A stretch of DNA of 63,524 nt, the filler included, from Chiloscyllium plagiosum (taxonomy: Eukaryota): NCBI RefSeq assembly GCF_004010195.1. It is 4 parts of one record of this genome, joined end to end, with 100 filler letters (N's around TTAATTAATTAA, not from the genome) between each part and the next. Parts side by side here need not be neighbours in the genome. Positions count along the whole stretch, not along the records: positions 1 to 20,576 come from NC_057716.1; positions 20,677 to 45,885 come from NC_057716.1; 2 more parts are not named here. The stretch is one strand, 5' to 3'. Numbering within the stretch: position 1 is the stretch's first letter; each line of letters opens with the position of its first letter. A model generated the notes under the pieces. It was not told the origin of the DNA, did not search any database, and worked only from the letters and a program-made list of their open reading frames with translations. Of this stretch, positions 12,795-26,125 are shown piece by piece. The translations under genes were made by a program, and so were the position numbers.

Positions 12795-13612
12795 ATAGAG
12801 TCATTGAGTCATAGAGATGTACAGCATGGAAACAGACCTTTCAGTCCAACCTGTCCAAGCTGACCAGACATCCCAACCCAATCTAGTCCCACCTACCAGC
12901 ACCCAGCCCATATCCCTCCAAACCCTTCCAATTCATATACCCTCTAAATGCCTCTTAAATGTTGCAATTGTACCAGCCTCCATCACTTCCTCTGGCAGCT
13001 CATTCCATACACGTACCACCCTCTGCATGAAAAAATTGCCCCTTAGGACTCTTTTATATCTTCCCCACTCACCCTTAAACCTATGCCCTCTAGTTCTGGA
13101 CTCCCCGACCCCAGGGAAAAGACTTTGCCTATTTACCCTATCCATGCCCCTCATAATTTTGTAAACCTCTATAAAGTCACCCCTCAGCCTCCGACACTCC
13201 AATCAAATCTCAATCAAGTTTGTGAGACATGATTTCCCACGCACAAAGCCATGTTGACTATCCCTAATCAGTCCTTGCCTTTCCAAATACATGTACATCC
13301 TATCCCTCAGGATTCCCTCCAACAACTTGCCCACCACCGAGGTCAGGCTCACCGGCTTATAGTTCCCTGGCTTGTCCTTACCACCCTTCTTAAACAGTGG
13401 CACCACGTTTCCCAACCTCCAGTCTTCCGGCACCTCACCTGTGACTATCGATGATACAAATAACTCAGCAAGAGGCCCAGCAATCACTTCTCTAGCTTCC
13501 CACAGAGTTCTAGGGTACACCTGATCAGGTCCTGGGGATTTATCCACTTTTATGCGTTTCAAGACATCGAGCATTTCCTCCTCTGTAAAATGGACATTTT
13601 TCAAGATTGTCG
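12795..13612 (-). mobile_element. CR1 LINE with internal deletion (RT N-terminal part joined to the 3' end), inserted in a SINE
   Basis: ORF 13203-13640 (KSPGPD, PEDWR.GNVVPLFKKG..DKPGNYKPVSLTS, QHGF..GKSCLTNL) abuts the ORF2 C-terminus at ~13200. SINE halves lie at ~12660-12790 and ~13615-13780. Confidence 0.9.
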
Positions 13613-14116
13613 AACCTATCTGGTTCCTTAGGGAAGGCAATCTACACCCCTTATCAGATCTGATACCAATCCCACAGCAATGTGGTTGACTCTTAACTGC
13701 CCCTTGGGCAATTAGGGATGGGCAATAAATGCTGGGCCTAACCAGATCTGATGCCCAGATCCTGTGAATGAATAAATAAAGCTATGAATCATTTTGACTG
13801 AGAACTCTATTCTTGCTTGTGTCAAAATCCTGAAATTCCCTCCCTCAGGGCATTCCCTCCCTGCAGGTCTACCTGCAGCACATGGACTGCAGAACTTCAA
13901 GAAGGAAGCTCACCCCCAATCTTTCAGGGGGCAATTAGGGACAGTCAATGAACTATACTGCCAATTGCACAATAAGAGAGGAATCATCTAATGAACCTGG
14001 TGATGTGGAGTCTTGGAAGGACTCCTGTGCTGGGGTGTGGATGGGTGATGTTGGGGAGGCGGCCATGGGAAAATAAACTTTACAGAGTTTTTAGAATTTT
14101 AGGTCCCGATGTACTT

Positions 14117-14782
14117 ATAGAGTCATAGAGATGTACAGCACGGAAACAGACCCTTCGGTCAACACGTCCATACCGACCAGACATCCCAACCTTATCTAGT
14201 CCCATTTGCCAGCACTAGGCCCATATCCCCTAAACCCTTCCTATTCATAAACCCAGCCAAATGCCTTATAAATATTGTAATTGTACCAGCCTCCACCAAT
14301 CCCTCTGGTAGCTCATTCCATAGACATACCACCCTCTGTGTGAAAAATATTCCAAAAAGTGACCTAATCAATGCCCTGTACAGCTGGAGTATGACCTCCC
14401 AACTCCTGTACTCAATACTCAGACCAATAAAGGAAATCATACTAAATACCTTCTTCACTATCCTATCTGCCTGCAACTCTACTTTCAAGGAGCTATGAAC
14501 CTGCACTCCAAGGTCTCTTTGTTCAGAAACACTCCCCAGGACCTTACCATGAAGTGTATAAGTTCTGCTCTGATTTGCTTTTCTAAAATGCAGCATCTCA
14601 CATTTATCTAAATTAAACTCCATCTGCCAATTCTCAGCCCATTGGTCCATCTGATCAAGATCCCATTGTAATCTGAGATAACCTTCTTCACTGTCCAGTA
14701 CATTTCCAATTTTGGTGTCATCTGCAAACTTACTAATTATACCTCCTGTGTTCACATTGAAAAAATTTATATAAATGACAAA
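14117..14782 (-). mobile_element. CR1 LINE fragment including the RT FADD motif
   Basis: ORF 14192-14755: ISKFADDTKIG..LQ.DLD..W...WQMEFN.DKC. Confidence 0.9.
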
Positions 14783-16943
14783 CTTGTTTCAGCTTTTCCC
14801 ATGCCAGGGGATTACATGACTGTGCAGGTGAGCAAGCACTGGAAGTGGTTAGGTCTGATGGTTCAGCCAAAACAGGGCAACCCTAATGGACCATGTTTTA
14901 CTTCCTCCCTCTGTCCTGTATTGGTTCTTGAGTGATCTGTGGGGTGCAGTAAATCACAGATTCTGATCCAACCCAGAAAATAGACAAGGGAAGCAGACGG
15001 AATTCCAGTCCTCAGTCTCCACTTCTTGAAGAGGGAATGCTCCGCCAGAGGGAGATCCAAACGTGGAAGATCTTCAGTGGGGGTCCTGTTCCAGGGTGGG
15101 AATATTCCATATTCAGTACCTGTTAGCACTGCCTCCTAAGCAGGAAAATGAGCCGTTTAACTTGGTGATCTTGTTAACTAGCTTCCTAGACTAAGGGGCA
15201 ACTTTTTCACACAGAGGGTGATACGTGTATGGACTGAGCTCCCAGGGGAAGTGGTGGAGGCTGGTAAAATTAAACATTTAAAAGGCATCTGGATGGGTAT
15301 ATGAATAGGAAGGGTTTAGAGGAATTTGGGCCAAATGCTGGCAATTGGGACTAGATTGGGTTGGGATGACTGGTCAGGATGGACAGGTTGGATTGAAGGG
15401 TCTGTTTCCGTGCTGTCTGTGGCTCAACAACTTTTCAAGTTCTGTCATAAATTCATAGAATAATGCAGGACAGATGGACACCACGCGGCCTGTTGTGATT
15501 CGGCCAGCTCTTTCAACACTGTATCCAATTAATGGCCTGCCTTTTCTCCAATAACTCCGCAAGTGTTTACCCAATTCTCCTTTGAAAGTTACAAGTAAAT
15601 TCATTTGTGGATGCGAGTAATTCACTGGCTATGAATACCTCCTCACCAGTCCGTGACATGCTTCAGTTTGACCTGAATGATTTTTAATATTTGTTGTTCT
15701 GTTAAGTTTGGCGTATGGGTTCTTCGGGTGAAATCCTAAGCTCGTATACACAGTGAACTAAGCACACAAATAAATATCATTTCCATTGACTGTAAAGCGC
15801 AGTGCACTAACCATAACGAAACTTCTGCCAAGCTCAGTTCAGCTGAAGACAGACACCAGTCACCGGAGGCCTTGTTCTATGTTGTTTACATTGAGTTGTT
15901 GAGTGAAAGACGAAACAAGCTGTGATGTGAGGCTTGCCAACTTGACACTTTTAATTCCCATTTACAAAAAGCCACAACTAAGCACAATGTCACTTGATAA
16001 AGTAAATGTGATGGTCACAAGTGCAGACCCGTCTTAGGAGAAAGGACAGGATTAGAATTAAAAAAACACGCCAGCCAGCATAAGTCAACAGGAAAGAGGC
16101 AGTTGAGCCCATCTAGCCTATCCTTCCCACTTGCTATTTGTATGTTTTGGTATTACAGCACTTGGGTATTGCTGGTTAAAAAAAGACCCAGCTTTGGCAG
16201 TTAACTGTCAGTCGTCATCTAACTTGTACATTCTCCAAAACTCACTCTTGCCAGCCAATCAGCACTCTCTCCTCATAATGGCAAGTGTTGTTTTCCTTTA
16301 CAGTGGTGTTCCTTGTGAAGGTGCTGAGGAGGGCAAGGAGGAAGGTTTCTCAGTAATACCTTACACTTATTACACACTGAAAGATTGCTACAACAAGGAT
16401 ATCCAAAAGGTTAAGCTGCTGAACTTCAATGTGTAATAAAGCTCCTATTTCTACTTGCAAAACAAAATTAGTCAAATAAAAATGTACTTCTTCTGGGAGC
16501 TGTGTAGGCTCTCAAAGACTCGAAGACAACATCTAACTAATACTCCAATGTGGTACCGAGGGAGAGCTGTGACACAGGACACACCATCTCTCAGCTGAAA
16601 CCCTAAACCGAGGTCTTGCTTCCCTACCGGACGTTCCTGGAAGATTCCTCAGTCACTGCTTTTAAGAAAAGCAGGGGAATTCCCTCACAATGTTCAATTC
16701 TGACTAACCAACACTGTTCAAACAAAACACCTGCTTAGCTATCTCACTGCTATTTATGGGAACTTGCACAAACTTAGCTCTTGAATTTGTTTTTTTAGTA
16801 TTTGCTCATGAAACGAAAAAATGTTCAAACACCCACACCCAACGGATGAACTGGATGGTATTTATTCCCCATCTCTCATTTCCCAGACAGTAGTTAAGTG
16901 TCAACCACATAGTTATGGATCTGTACACCAGACTGAGTAGGGA

Positions 16944-17100
16944 TACAAGCAGGAGGCTGGAAGAACACAGCAAGCCAGGCAGTGTCAGGATAACCCTTCG
17001 TGAAACATTGACTTCTCCACCTCTTGATACTGCCTGGCTTGCTGTGTTCTTTCAGCCTCCTGCTCGTCTACTTTGGATTCCATCATCTGCAGGTTTTGAT
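16944..17100. mobile_element. PLE-derived inverted-repeat insertion, family B (centre deleted)
   Basis: GCAGGAGGCTGGAAGAACACAGCAAGCCAGGCAG is the reverse complement of CTGCCTGGCTTGCTGTGTTCTTTCAGCCTCCTGC; CATCTGCAG tail. Confidence 0.65.
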
Positions 17101-17222
17101 TTGGTCTTGGACTCAGTAAAGAGAGCAGATTTCAGATAGCAGTAAGAAGAGCGCCCTTCCCTAAAGGGGTGATTCGTGAATCTAACAAGTTTTCAATGAC
17201 AATGGGTGATCACTATTACATT

Positions 17223-17445
17223 CTAAAAGTGCGGCGCTGGAAAATCACAGTCAGTCAGGCAGCATCCGTGGAGCTGGAGATTACACGTTTGGGCATAAGC
17301 TCTTCATCAGGAGTGCATGATGAAGAGCGTATGCTTGAAACATTGACTCTCCTGCTCCTCGGATGCTGCCTGACCTGCTGTGCTTTTCCAGCACCACACG
17401 TTTTGACCCTGATCTCTAGCAACTTCTGTCCTCACTTTCTCCTAG
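17223..17445. mobile_element. PLE-derived inverted-repeat insertion, family A
   Basis: Head-to-head arms centred near 17313; TSD TCACTATTACATT at 17210-17222 and 17446-17458. Confidence 0.85.
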
Positions 17446-19974
17446 TCACTATTACATTGTTGTGTTAACCTGGATTTTTTTTGGATTAAATTTCAAATTT
17501 CATCACCTGCTATGGTTGGATTTAAACCCACAATCCCAGAACATTTGCCCAGCGTATCTGGATTAAGTATCCCAGTGACACTAGCACTGCATCCCTAAGT
17601 TCCGTACAATGTAACCATCGTTGCATATTGAAGGGCCCCTCTGTTGACTCTGGTGTGTTTTGTATACTGTCTTGAATTCTTGAGAAGAGATTTTGGCATG
17701 CATAGGAGATCCAAAGATGTGCAGGTTAGGGTGAATTGGCTATACTAAATTGCCCATCATGTTCAGGGATGTGTAGGTTAGGTGTATCAGTCAGGGGTAA
17801 ATGTAGAGTAATAGGGTAGGGGAATGGGTCATAATGGGTTACACTTAGGAGGGTCGGTGTTGACTTGTTGGGCCAAAGGGCCTGTTTCTACACTGTAGGG
17901 AATCTCATGATTCCTGCGCCTCTATCGGTAAACCTTGTATTTTCTCTCTCTCTCGATCTCTCTTTCTCTGCCCCTTTCTTCACCTCCTGCCTTCATGACC
18001 CTGGCTCCCAGTTTGAGCTGCTCTGTGTACACCCGGAAGCTTGGTTCCAATTACTGCATAGATTTTAAAATGAGATATCAGAAGAAGACCACATTAATCA
18101 CATCAGATGGCTGCAATTATGCTTAATGTCCTTTACTTGCCACTGTGTGTTGGGGGGGAGCGAGCGATGGTGGGAGTATGGCCAGTCATGAATGCCTGAG
18201 AAAATAATGGTCACAGTAAACTGTGAACAAAATTGAATCAGTTGTTGCAATCGCAGACTGAAACGCTTGCATGTGTGGCTACAGGGGCAGGGATGGGATA
18301 GGATGGGTGCAGGCCACACAGTTGGACCTCACAGAACCACGACAAAGGAACCGTAACTGTGGGAAAATGTTTGTTTAACCTTTAACCTCTTGAACCTCGA
18401 TGCTAAAGGAATGAGCAAGCCTGCAGGGCATTTCAGGATTGGCTGATGCCCAGAGGTGGCCAGTAGTTCAAGGGCCAGCTGCTCAGCCCGAACATTTCAC
18501 CACCTTACACAGCCAATAAAACACAGTGCTGGAAATGCAATGACCAATATGCGCACAGCATGGTCCCATGGAGAACAACAGAGTTCTTTCATGTGATGTC
18601 AGTCAAGGGACAAATATTGGGCTGGGACACTATGGAGAACCCTTCTCTAGCCAAGAGCCCTGGGATTTTTCATAGGGATTTTTGGCCTGAACGGGCAGGA
18701 GTTCAACATCTTATCGAAAAGGCAACATCTCCAGAAGTGGAGCGCTCCCTGCAGTGGAGTGTCAGTCTTAACTTGTTTTAGGCTCAAACTCTGAAGGAGG
18801 ACTTGAACTGTGACTCAGGGGCAAGTCTGTGAACAGTTGGCACCCCATAATGGCAACAAGGACTCCTGTTCCTATAGTACATATTGATCCTCACCCCCTC
18901 TTACATAGTGCTGGCTAGTCCTATGCGATACACAATTCTCCATAATGTAGACAGAGTCAGGACATCATTGCAAAAGCTCTTCAAGATAACGTCCTTGGTC
19001 CACCTTCAGCTGCTTTACCTACCATCCAACAATAAGGGCAACAGTGGGGACATTCACTTAGGATGCATAATGTTCTCTATCATTTGCTATTCCTCAGATA
19101 CTGAAGCAATTCATGTTGAAATGCAGTAAGACCGGGGAAATAACTATGTTTGGGCCAATGAGTGACAAATAGTCATAGTCACACAGCACAGAAACAGAGT
19201 CTTTGGTCCAACCAGTCCATACCGAACATAATCCCAAACCAAACTAGTCCCACCTGCCTGCTCCCGGCCAATATCCCTCCAAACCTTTACTCCTTGGATG
19301 CTGCCTGAATTGCTGTGCTCTTCCAGCACCACTAATCCAGAATCTGGTTTCCAGCATCTGCAGTCATTGTTTTTACCACCTTTTCCTATTCATGTATCCA
19401 TCCAAATGTCTTTTAAATATTGTAACTGTACCCAGATCCACCACTTCCTCAGCAAGTTCATTCCACATGCGAACCATCCTCTGTGTTAAAAGCCTGCCCC
19501 TTGTGTCTTTTTTAAATATCCCTTCTCCCACCTTAAAAATGTGCCTCCCTAGTCTTGAAAACCCCCCTCCTAGGGAAAGGATAACTACCATTAACTCTAT
19601 CTATACCCCTCATTATTTTATAAATTTCTGTAAGGTCACTTCTCAACCTCCTATGCTCCAGTGAAAAAGTTCCCAGGCTATCCAGCTTTTATTTATAACT
19701 TCTGTGGTGCCAAGCAATGATCATCTCTGACAATGAAGAATCTAATGATCACCCCTTGACATGCAAAGATATAACTCCCTTCCTAACAGCATTGTGGGTG
19801 TACTGACAGCTAAAGAACTGCAGTGATTCAAGGCAGCTCACCACCACCTTCTCCAGGGAAACTAGGGACAGGCAATAAATGCTGGCCCAGCCAATGATAC
19901 AAAATCCTGGGAATGAATAGAACAAAACAATTCCTATTTTCAATCAAAAACACTGAGCTAGTAATTTTAGCTCA

Positions 19975-20477
19975 TATGCACAAGGGCTGCTGTTCTCTAT
20001 AATATGTGTAGGGGCTGCTATTCTCTACACTATACACAGGGGCTGCTATTACCTTTAACATACGTAGGGACTGTGGTTATCCATATTATACACAGAGGCT
20101 GTTTTTCTCTATAGTATACATTATGGCTGCTATTCTAGAGAATATATACAGGGAGTGTTATTCTCTTTAATATACATTGGGACTGCAGTTATCCATAACA
20201 TTCACAGGGATTGTTTATCTCTATAATATTCTCAGAGGTTGTTATTCTTTATAATATACACAGGGACTGCTATTCTCTTTAAAATACACAGGGACTGCTG
20301 TTATTCATAAGATACACAGATATTATATTTCTCTATAATATTGTGGTTGCTATTCTGTATAATATACTGAGTAGCTGCTATTTTAATTATGTGCACATGG
20401 ACTGCTATTCTCTTTAACGTACACAGGGACCGCTATTCTCTTTAAGATACATGACTGCTGTCATTCTAATATACATA
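19975..20477. repeat. Degenerate ~28-bp AT-rich minisatellite
   Basis: A unit like GGGGCTGCTATTCTCTATAATATACACA repeated about 18 times. Confidence 0.8.
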
Positions 20478-20576
20478 GGAGGAGAAAGTGAGGACTGCAG
20501 ATGCTGGAGATCAGAGCTGAAAATGTGTTGCTGGAAAAGCGCAGCAGGTCAGGCAGCATCCAAGGAACAGGAGAAT

Positions 20577-20676
20577 NNNNNNNNNNNNNNNNNNNNNNNN
20601 NNNNNNNNNNNNNNNNNNNNTTAATTAATTAANNNNNNNNNNNNNNNNNNNNNNNNNNNNNNNNNNNNNNNNNNNN
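20577..20676. other. Assembly gap (100 bp with TTAATTAATTAA stuffer); same at 45886-45985 and 52599-52698
   Basis: N44-TTAATTAATTAA-N44 is identical in three places, so it is an artificial scaffold linker. Confidence 0.97.
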
Positions 20677-21568
20677 CCCCCACCCTCCTCTAGCTTATCT
20701 CTCCACGCTTCAGGCTCACTGCCTTTATTCTTGATGAAGGACTTTTGCCCGAAACGTCAATTTTGCCTGTCCTCGGATTTTGCCTGTCCTCGGATGCTGC
20801 CTGAACTGCTGTGCTCTTCCAGCACCACTAATCCAGAATTGAGAAACTATTGACAATACATTAATGACGTGGATGAGGAAACCAAATACAACAGTTAAGG
20901 GTTTGGTAATGTTACAAAACCTGACAGAATTGTGGGTTGTGCATGTAAGGAGGTCATGATGCAGAGAGTCATAGAGTCACAGAGATGTACAGCATGGAAA
21001 CAGACCCTTCAGTCCAACTTGTCCATGCTGACCAGATATCTTAAATTAACCTAGTCCCAGTTGCCGGCATATGGCCCACATCCCTCTAGACCCATTTTTC
21101 ATATATCCATCTAGATGCCTTTTAAATGTTGTAACTGTACCAGCCTCCAACACTTACCCCTCTTGTGCTGATCATTCTATGATTGTGAGATGGATAGAGT
21201 TATCTCTAGTCCCCCTGAGAGTTTCATTATCCTGCCTGTGATGGCAATTCAGCAGCTCAGCTTCTCCTCCAAAAACTCCATATTTTGGATCACAGAGAAA
21301 TCTCCATTCAGTGACAAATTGACTCCTCACCCTGATAGATTACTGTGAGCTGCTGTATACAATACCCATTCCAAACATGCACCACACTTTCATGAAAAGT
21401 TTGCCCCCTTAGGTCCCTTTTATACCTTTCCCCTCTCACCCTAAACCTATATGCCCTCTAATTCTGGGCTCCCCTTTCTTGGGGAAAAGACCTTGTTTAT
21501 TTATCCTATCCATGCTCCACATGATTTTATAAACCCCTGGTGCTGGTATTGGACCAGGGTGGACAAAG

Positions 21569-22768
21569 TGTTAGGGACTAGGTCAGACCACTCAAAACAT
21601 TCTTAAGCAGGCAACCCCAGATCATAACTTTGCAATTTGTTTCGGTAAGTGACAGTAAAAATTGCCCGGAGTCAGTTAGCTAAGTGAACTACTAGATTTT
21701 AAATCAGACTAAAATTTATTCACAAAATTACACCAATGAAACACAAAGGACAGAATAAAGAACCTCTACAGAACTCAGTCTGTCCAAATCAGTCTTAATT
21801 ATGCTGTTCTGAATATACACAACAGTCCCATTAAGCAAACTCCCATTAAAACCCAGTATAAATGGAACACATGCTTGAAGTTGAAGGGCATAAAGAGCGA
21901 GAGAGAGAGAGAGAGTTTCCACACAGATCACTTCTGAACTCCTTACTAGTTCAGGAGTGATTAGATTAGATTACTCACAGTGTGGAAACAGGCCCTTTGG
22001 CCCAACAAGTCCACACCGACCCGCCGAAGCGCAACCCACCCATACCCCTACATTTACCCCTTACCTAACACTATGGGCAATTTAGCATGGCCAATTCACC
22101 TGACCTGCACATCTTTGGACTGTGGGAGGAAACCGGAGCACCCGGAGGAAACCCACGCAGACACGGGGAGAACGTGCAAACTCCACATAGTCAGTCGCCG
22201 AGGCGGGAATTGAACCCGTGCACGGTGGCTCAGTGGATAAGCACTGCTGCCTCACAGCACCAGGGTCCCAGGTTTGATTCCAGCCTTGGGTGACTGTCTG
22301 TGTGGAGTTTGCACATTCTCCCCGTGTCTGTGTGGGTTTCCTCCAGGTGCTCCGGTTTCCTCCCACAGTCCAAAGATGTGCAGGGTAGGTGAATTGGCCA
22401 TGCTAAGTTGCCCCTAGTGGAAGCTGAATTAGTCAGAGGGAAATGGGTCTGGGTGGTTTACTCTTCGGAGGGTAGGTGTGGACTTGTTGAGCCAAAAGGC
22501 CTGTTTCCACACTGTAGGGAATCTAATCTAAACAGCTTAGAGAGCTGACCACTCCCCTTTCTTTATACAGGTCATTTCTAAACCATGCCCCCCCCCCCCC
22601 CGTTTACATTTAAACAAAAGGCCTCTCAAAATCCTTTTCATCTCTGTACCAAACCAGACTGATCAGATCCCGGCCTGATTTATTACCCGTCTGAAAAAAA
22701 TCAAAGACAGAGTCTCCTTGAGCCAAGGAAAAGCTTTTTTAGAAAAAAAAGGGACTAGCTCCATGACA
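21569..22768 (-). mobile_element. Putative solo LTR (~630 bp without nested SINEs) inserted into a family C PLE piece
   Basis: Termini TGTTA...TGACA. The host family C sequence breaks at GGACAAAG and resumes at AAGGTCAGAAGTC. On - there is a TATAAA-like motif at ~22562-22567 and AATAAA at ~21715-21720. Confidence 0.55.
21958..22531. mobile_element. Two HE1 SINEs head-to-head (- copy 21958-22218, + copy 22219-22531)
   Basis: (TTAGA)n tail at left and (AATCT)n tail at right; the - copy is truncated at its B box. Confidence 0.9.
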
Positions 22769-23116
22769 AAGGTCAGAAGTCCATGACACCAGGTTATAGT
22801 TCATTTATAGGTTATTTGAAATCATAAGCTTTCAGAGTGCTGTCCCTTCATCAGGTGAAGCCCTGGTGAAGAATGCTGGCCCAATCAGTGCACCCACGTC
22901 CGACAAACAGATATAAAAACGAATTGACACCCGTGATGAGCAATACCAGGAGTCCACCTGAACAATGCACTCTAAAAAACACATAACTCTACTCAACATT
23001 TCATATCCTCAAAAAGGCAAGGAGATGTTTCAAGCCAGTGAAATACCTTTAAAGGGTGGGCACTATTGCAATGCAGGGAATGTAACCAATTTGCAAGCGG
23101 GAAGCAGCCTCAAACA

Positions 23117-23380
23117 AGATAAAAGGTAGGGAGGAGGGACTTGGAGGAGGGGCATTGGAAATGCAATGGGTACCTATTGTATTTCCAACGCCCCTCTCCC
23201 AAATCCCTCCTCCCTACCTTTTATCTCAACCTACTGGGCACACTTTCCTCATTCCTGAAGAAGGGCTCATGCCCGAAACGTCGATTCTCCTGCTCCTTGG
23301 ATGCTGCCTGACCTGCTGCGCTTTTTCAGCAACACATTTTCAGCTCTGATCTCCAGCATCTGCAGTCCTCACTTTCTCCT
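23117..23380 (+). mobile_element. PLE pLTR, family A, with a short 5' inverted segment
   Basis: Hairpin 23117-23226 centred on GGTACC, then a hammerhead and the ..CAGCATCTGCAGTCCTCACTTTCTCCT end. Confidence 0.8.
23253..23284 (+). ncRNA. Minimal type I hammerhead ribozyme motif
   Basis: CUGAAGA-A-GGGC UCAU GCCC-GAAA-CGUC; predicted cleavage after 23282; stem I only ~2 bp. Confidence 0.65.
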
Positions 23381-23914
23381 GTAACGGTTGATGCCATATT
23401 TTGGAAACCTTAATCAGTCTTTTTGCAATTATCAATCTGCAATTTTCCAACTAGACTGCCCTGACACAAAGTGAAACAATCTTGTACACAAATCATTGCA
23501 CATCTTATACATGCGTGTACTCTGGGCCTGTACTCTGTTGGGCCTGTACTCTGGGCCTGTACTCTGTTGGGCCTGTTCTCTGGAGCTACAAAGAATAAGA
23601 GTTGACTTCATTGAAACATAAAAGATTCTTAGAGGACTTGACAGCTTGGGTGTGGAAGGGATTTATTTTCCTCTTGTGAGAGAGTTTAGAATCAAAGGGT
23701 GTCATCTCAGAATAAGGGGTCACAGATGTAAGGCAGGGTGAAGGAGGGATCTCTACTCTCAGAGGATGGGGAATCTGTGGAAATATTTACCCCAGAGGGC
23801 TGTTGAGGTTGTATCATTCAGTGTATTCAAGGCTGTGATACACAGATTCTCAATCAGTTAAGAAAATCCAGGGGTATTGGAAAAAGTCAGGAGATTTTCA
23901 GAGCAGCCATGGGG

Positions 23915-24207
23915 TCATAGAATCCCCACAATGCAGAAGCTGGCCATTCAAATAGACACAGACCCTCTGAAGAGCAACTTACCCAGACCCACACCCCCCT
24001 CTCCATCCCTGTAGCCCTGCACTTCCCATGGCCAATCTGCCTTGCTTGCACATCTTTGGACAGTGGGTGGAAACCAGAGCACCCAGAGGAAACCCACAGA
24101 GACATGGGGAGAGCTTGCAACCTCCACTCTGTCAGTCGTTGGAAGATAGAATTGAACCCAGGTCCCTGGTGCTGTAAGGCAGCAGTACTGAGCCACCGTG
24201 CCACCCG
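23915..24207 (-). mobile_element. HE1-type SINE within a CR1 3' fragment (23520-24260, +)
   Basis: tRNA head GGGTGGCACGGTGGCTCAGT on -; flanking CR1 tail sequence. Confidence 0.85.
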
Positions 24208-24708
24208 TTATGCTCTTGAATGGTAAAGCAGACTTGATGAGCTGAACAGCCTATGTGTTATGATCTTACGGCATGCCCAACTCCATCATTATAATCTCCA
24301 CAGGTCAAAAAACCCTGAATTGCCTGAATGCTCTTTTTAAACGATTCCTCAATATCTTCTTATTGTTTCACCCTACTCTTCAGAAGTTCCTCTCCAATCC
24401 TGCTGGTTCTCCACTTCAGAAGCTTCCTGAAGACCTACACATTTTTTTGAGGTTTTCTCATTCTGCAATATTAAACTGATAGCTGCCAGCTTTGATCTCT
24501 TTGTTAATATATCTCTGTAATGGTTATAAGCTCATGCCCAATAGCCTGTTTGTTCTGCTAATTCATTTAATTTGCTCTGAATACTGTGTGCATTTTCGTA
24601 AACAACTGTTTTAACATTATTTTTCCTTATGACCCTATTTGCTGTTTTCTCTCCATTGTTAAAAAATCACACAACACTAGGTTATCATCCAACAGATTTA
24701 TTTGGAGG

Positions 24709-24743
24709 CACTAGCTTTCAGAGCGCTGCTCCTTCATCAGGTG
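24709..24743 (-). ncRNA. Minimal hammerhead motif, family C
   Basis: CAC-CUGAUGA-A-GGAGC AGC GCUCU-GAAA-GCUA-GUG. Confidence 0.6.
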
Positions 24744-24796
24744 ATTATGTCTAGAAACTGCCACTTTTTGTCCCAATCTGGGTATCATTATCCACA

Positions 24797-24977
24797 GAGC
24801 GAAAGTGAGGACTGCAGATGGTGGAGATTAGAGCCGAGAATGTGGTGCTGGAAAAACGCAGCAGGTCAGGCAGCATTCGTCGGAGCAGGAGAATTAAATT
24901 TGCCCGAAACATTGATTCTCCTGCTCCTCAGATGCTGCCTGACCTGCTGTGCTTTTCCAACACCACTCTTGTAAGCT
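24797..24977. mobile_element. PLE-derived inverted-repeat insertion, family A (centre collapsed)
   Basis: Inverted arms; TSD TTATCCACA at 24788-24796 and 24978-24986. Confidence 0.8.
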
Positions 24978-26125
24978 TTATCCACATGGCTGCCCTTCTT
25001 CCAAACCCATCCCCCCCCACCATTATGTTTAAACCCTCACTACAGTCCTCGTTATTCAACTCACCAGGAAGTTGTTACCAGCAGAGTTCAAGAGAAGCTT
25101 GAGTCAGCTCCACTCCACCCAGCACTGGTTCCAATGTCCCATGAAACCCACCCCTCTCACAAAAATATGCCTTCAGCACCTACACTGTATGCAAAAAACG
25201 TTAAAGTAAAGTCACCATAGTCTTACCATTGGGCAGCTCTCTCATTGGAGAGAGATGACGGGGTGGTGGTTTAACCTGAGGGTCACCACACATTGGGCGA
25301 GGGGAGAGGTTGAGAAGGAGAGTCCTTCAGTCGGTGTGGGGATTGAACCCGCTCTGTTGCAGTCACTCTGTATCACAAACTGAAATAACCAATCCCCAAG
25401 AGGCATCAGTTGTCTTGTCATTACCATTAATTAACTAATTACTCTCGAATCCTGTTCTTTTGCTTTACTATTAATTAATTTTTAAAACATAAAACCAGCT
25501 GTATTAATTTTATACGTGGCAAGCTATTCTTAAGAAAAGTAGGAAGGTAAATGATGGTGAGTATACAGGAACATGAAGACTTTATGTTTACTGGAAGACA
25601 ATCAGCTGCTTGTCCCACACACACTTCACACTGTGGTACGGGAGGTCATGCTGCCTCTCAATCCATACCTTTTGCCCTCTCCCGCTCACCTCCCACTCTG
25701 GAGACTTCAATCAATTGCAGGAAACCTTACTCAAAGCAGCTTTATCCCTCTCTGTCTTGAATTCCCACTTTGAACCAAATTCCCAGATGAACTCACTTGG
25801 CCTTTGTCTCACACAAGGGCAGAGTTCATTTATACCAACTGAGTGCATTTACTGACTGCAGCGATATAAGCAATCCCTTTCTTATTTGGAGCTGCTCTGA
25901 GTCACTTCTTAATCAGCACCTCATTTGGACAAGGGAAGTGACCAAAGGTGGTAACCATGAATCAATTGTTAATTGTTGGAAAAACCCATCTGGTTCACTA
26001 ATGTTCTTTCAGGAAGGAAATTACCTGGTTTGGTCTACATGTGACTCCAGACCCACAGCAATGTGGTTGACTCTGAACTGCCCTCCAGGCAATTAGGGAT
26101 GGACCATAAACACTGGCCAGTCAGA

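Noticed and set aside
20577..20676. Recurrent TTAATTAATTAA motif
   Set aside because: Artificial scaffold-gap linker embedded in Ns, also at 45886-45985 and 52599-52698.
22219..22290. tRNA gene-like sequence with A and B boxes
   Set aside because: It is the head of an HE1 SINE and continues into the SINE body; the same applies to the other copies.
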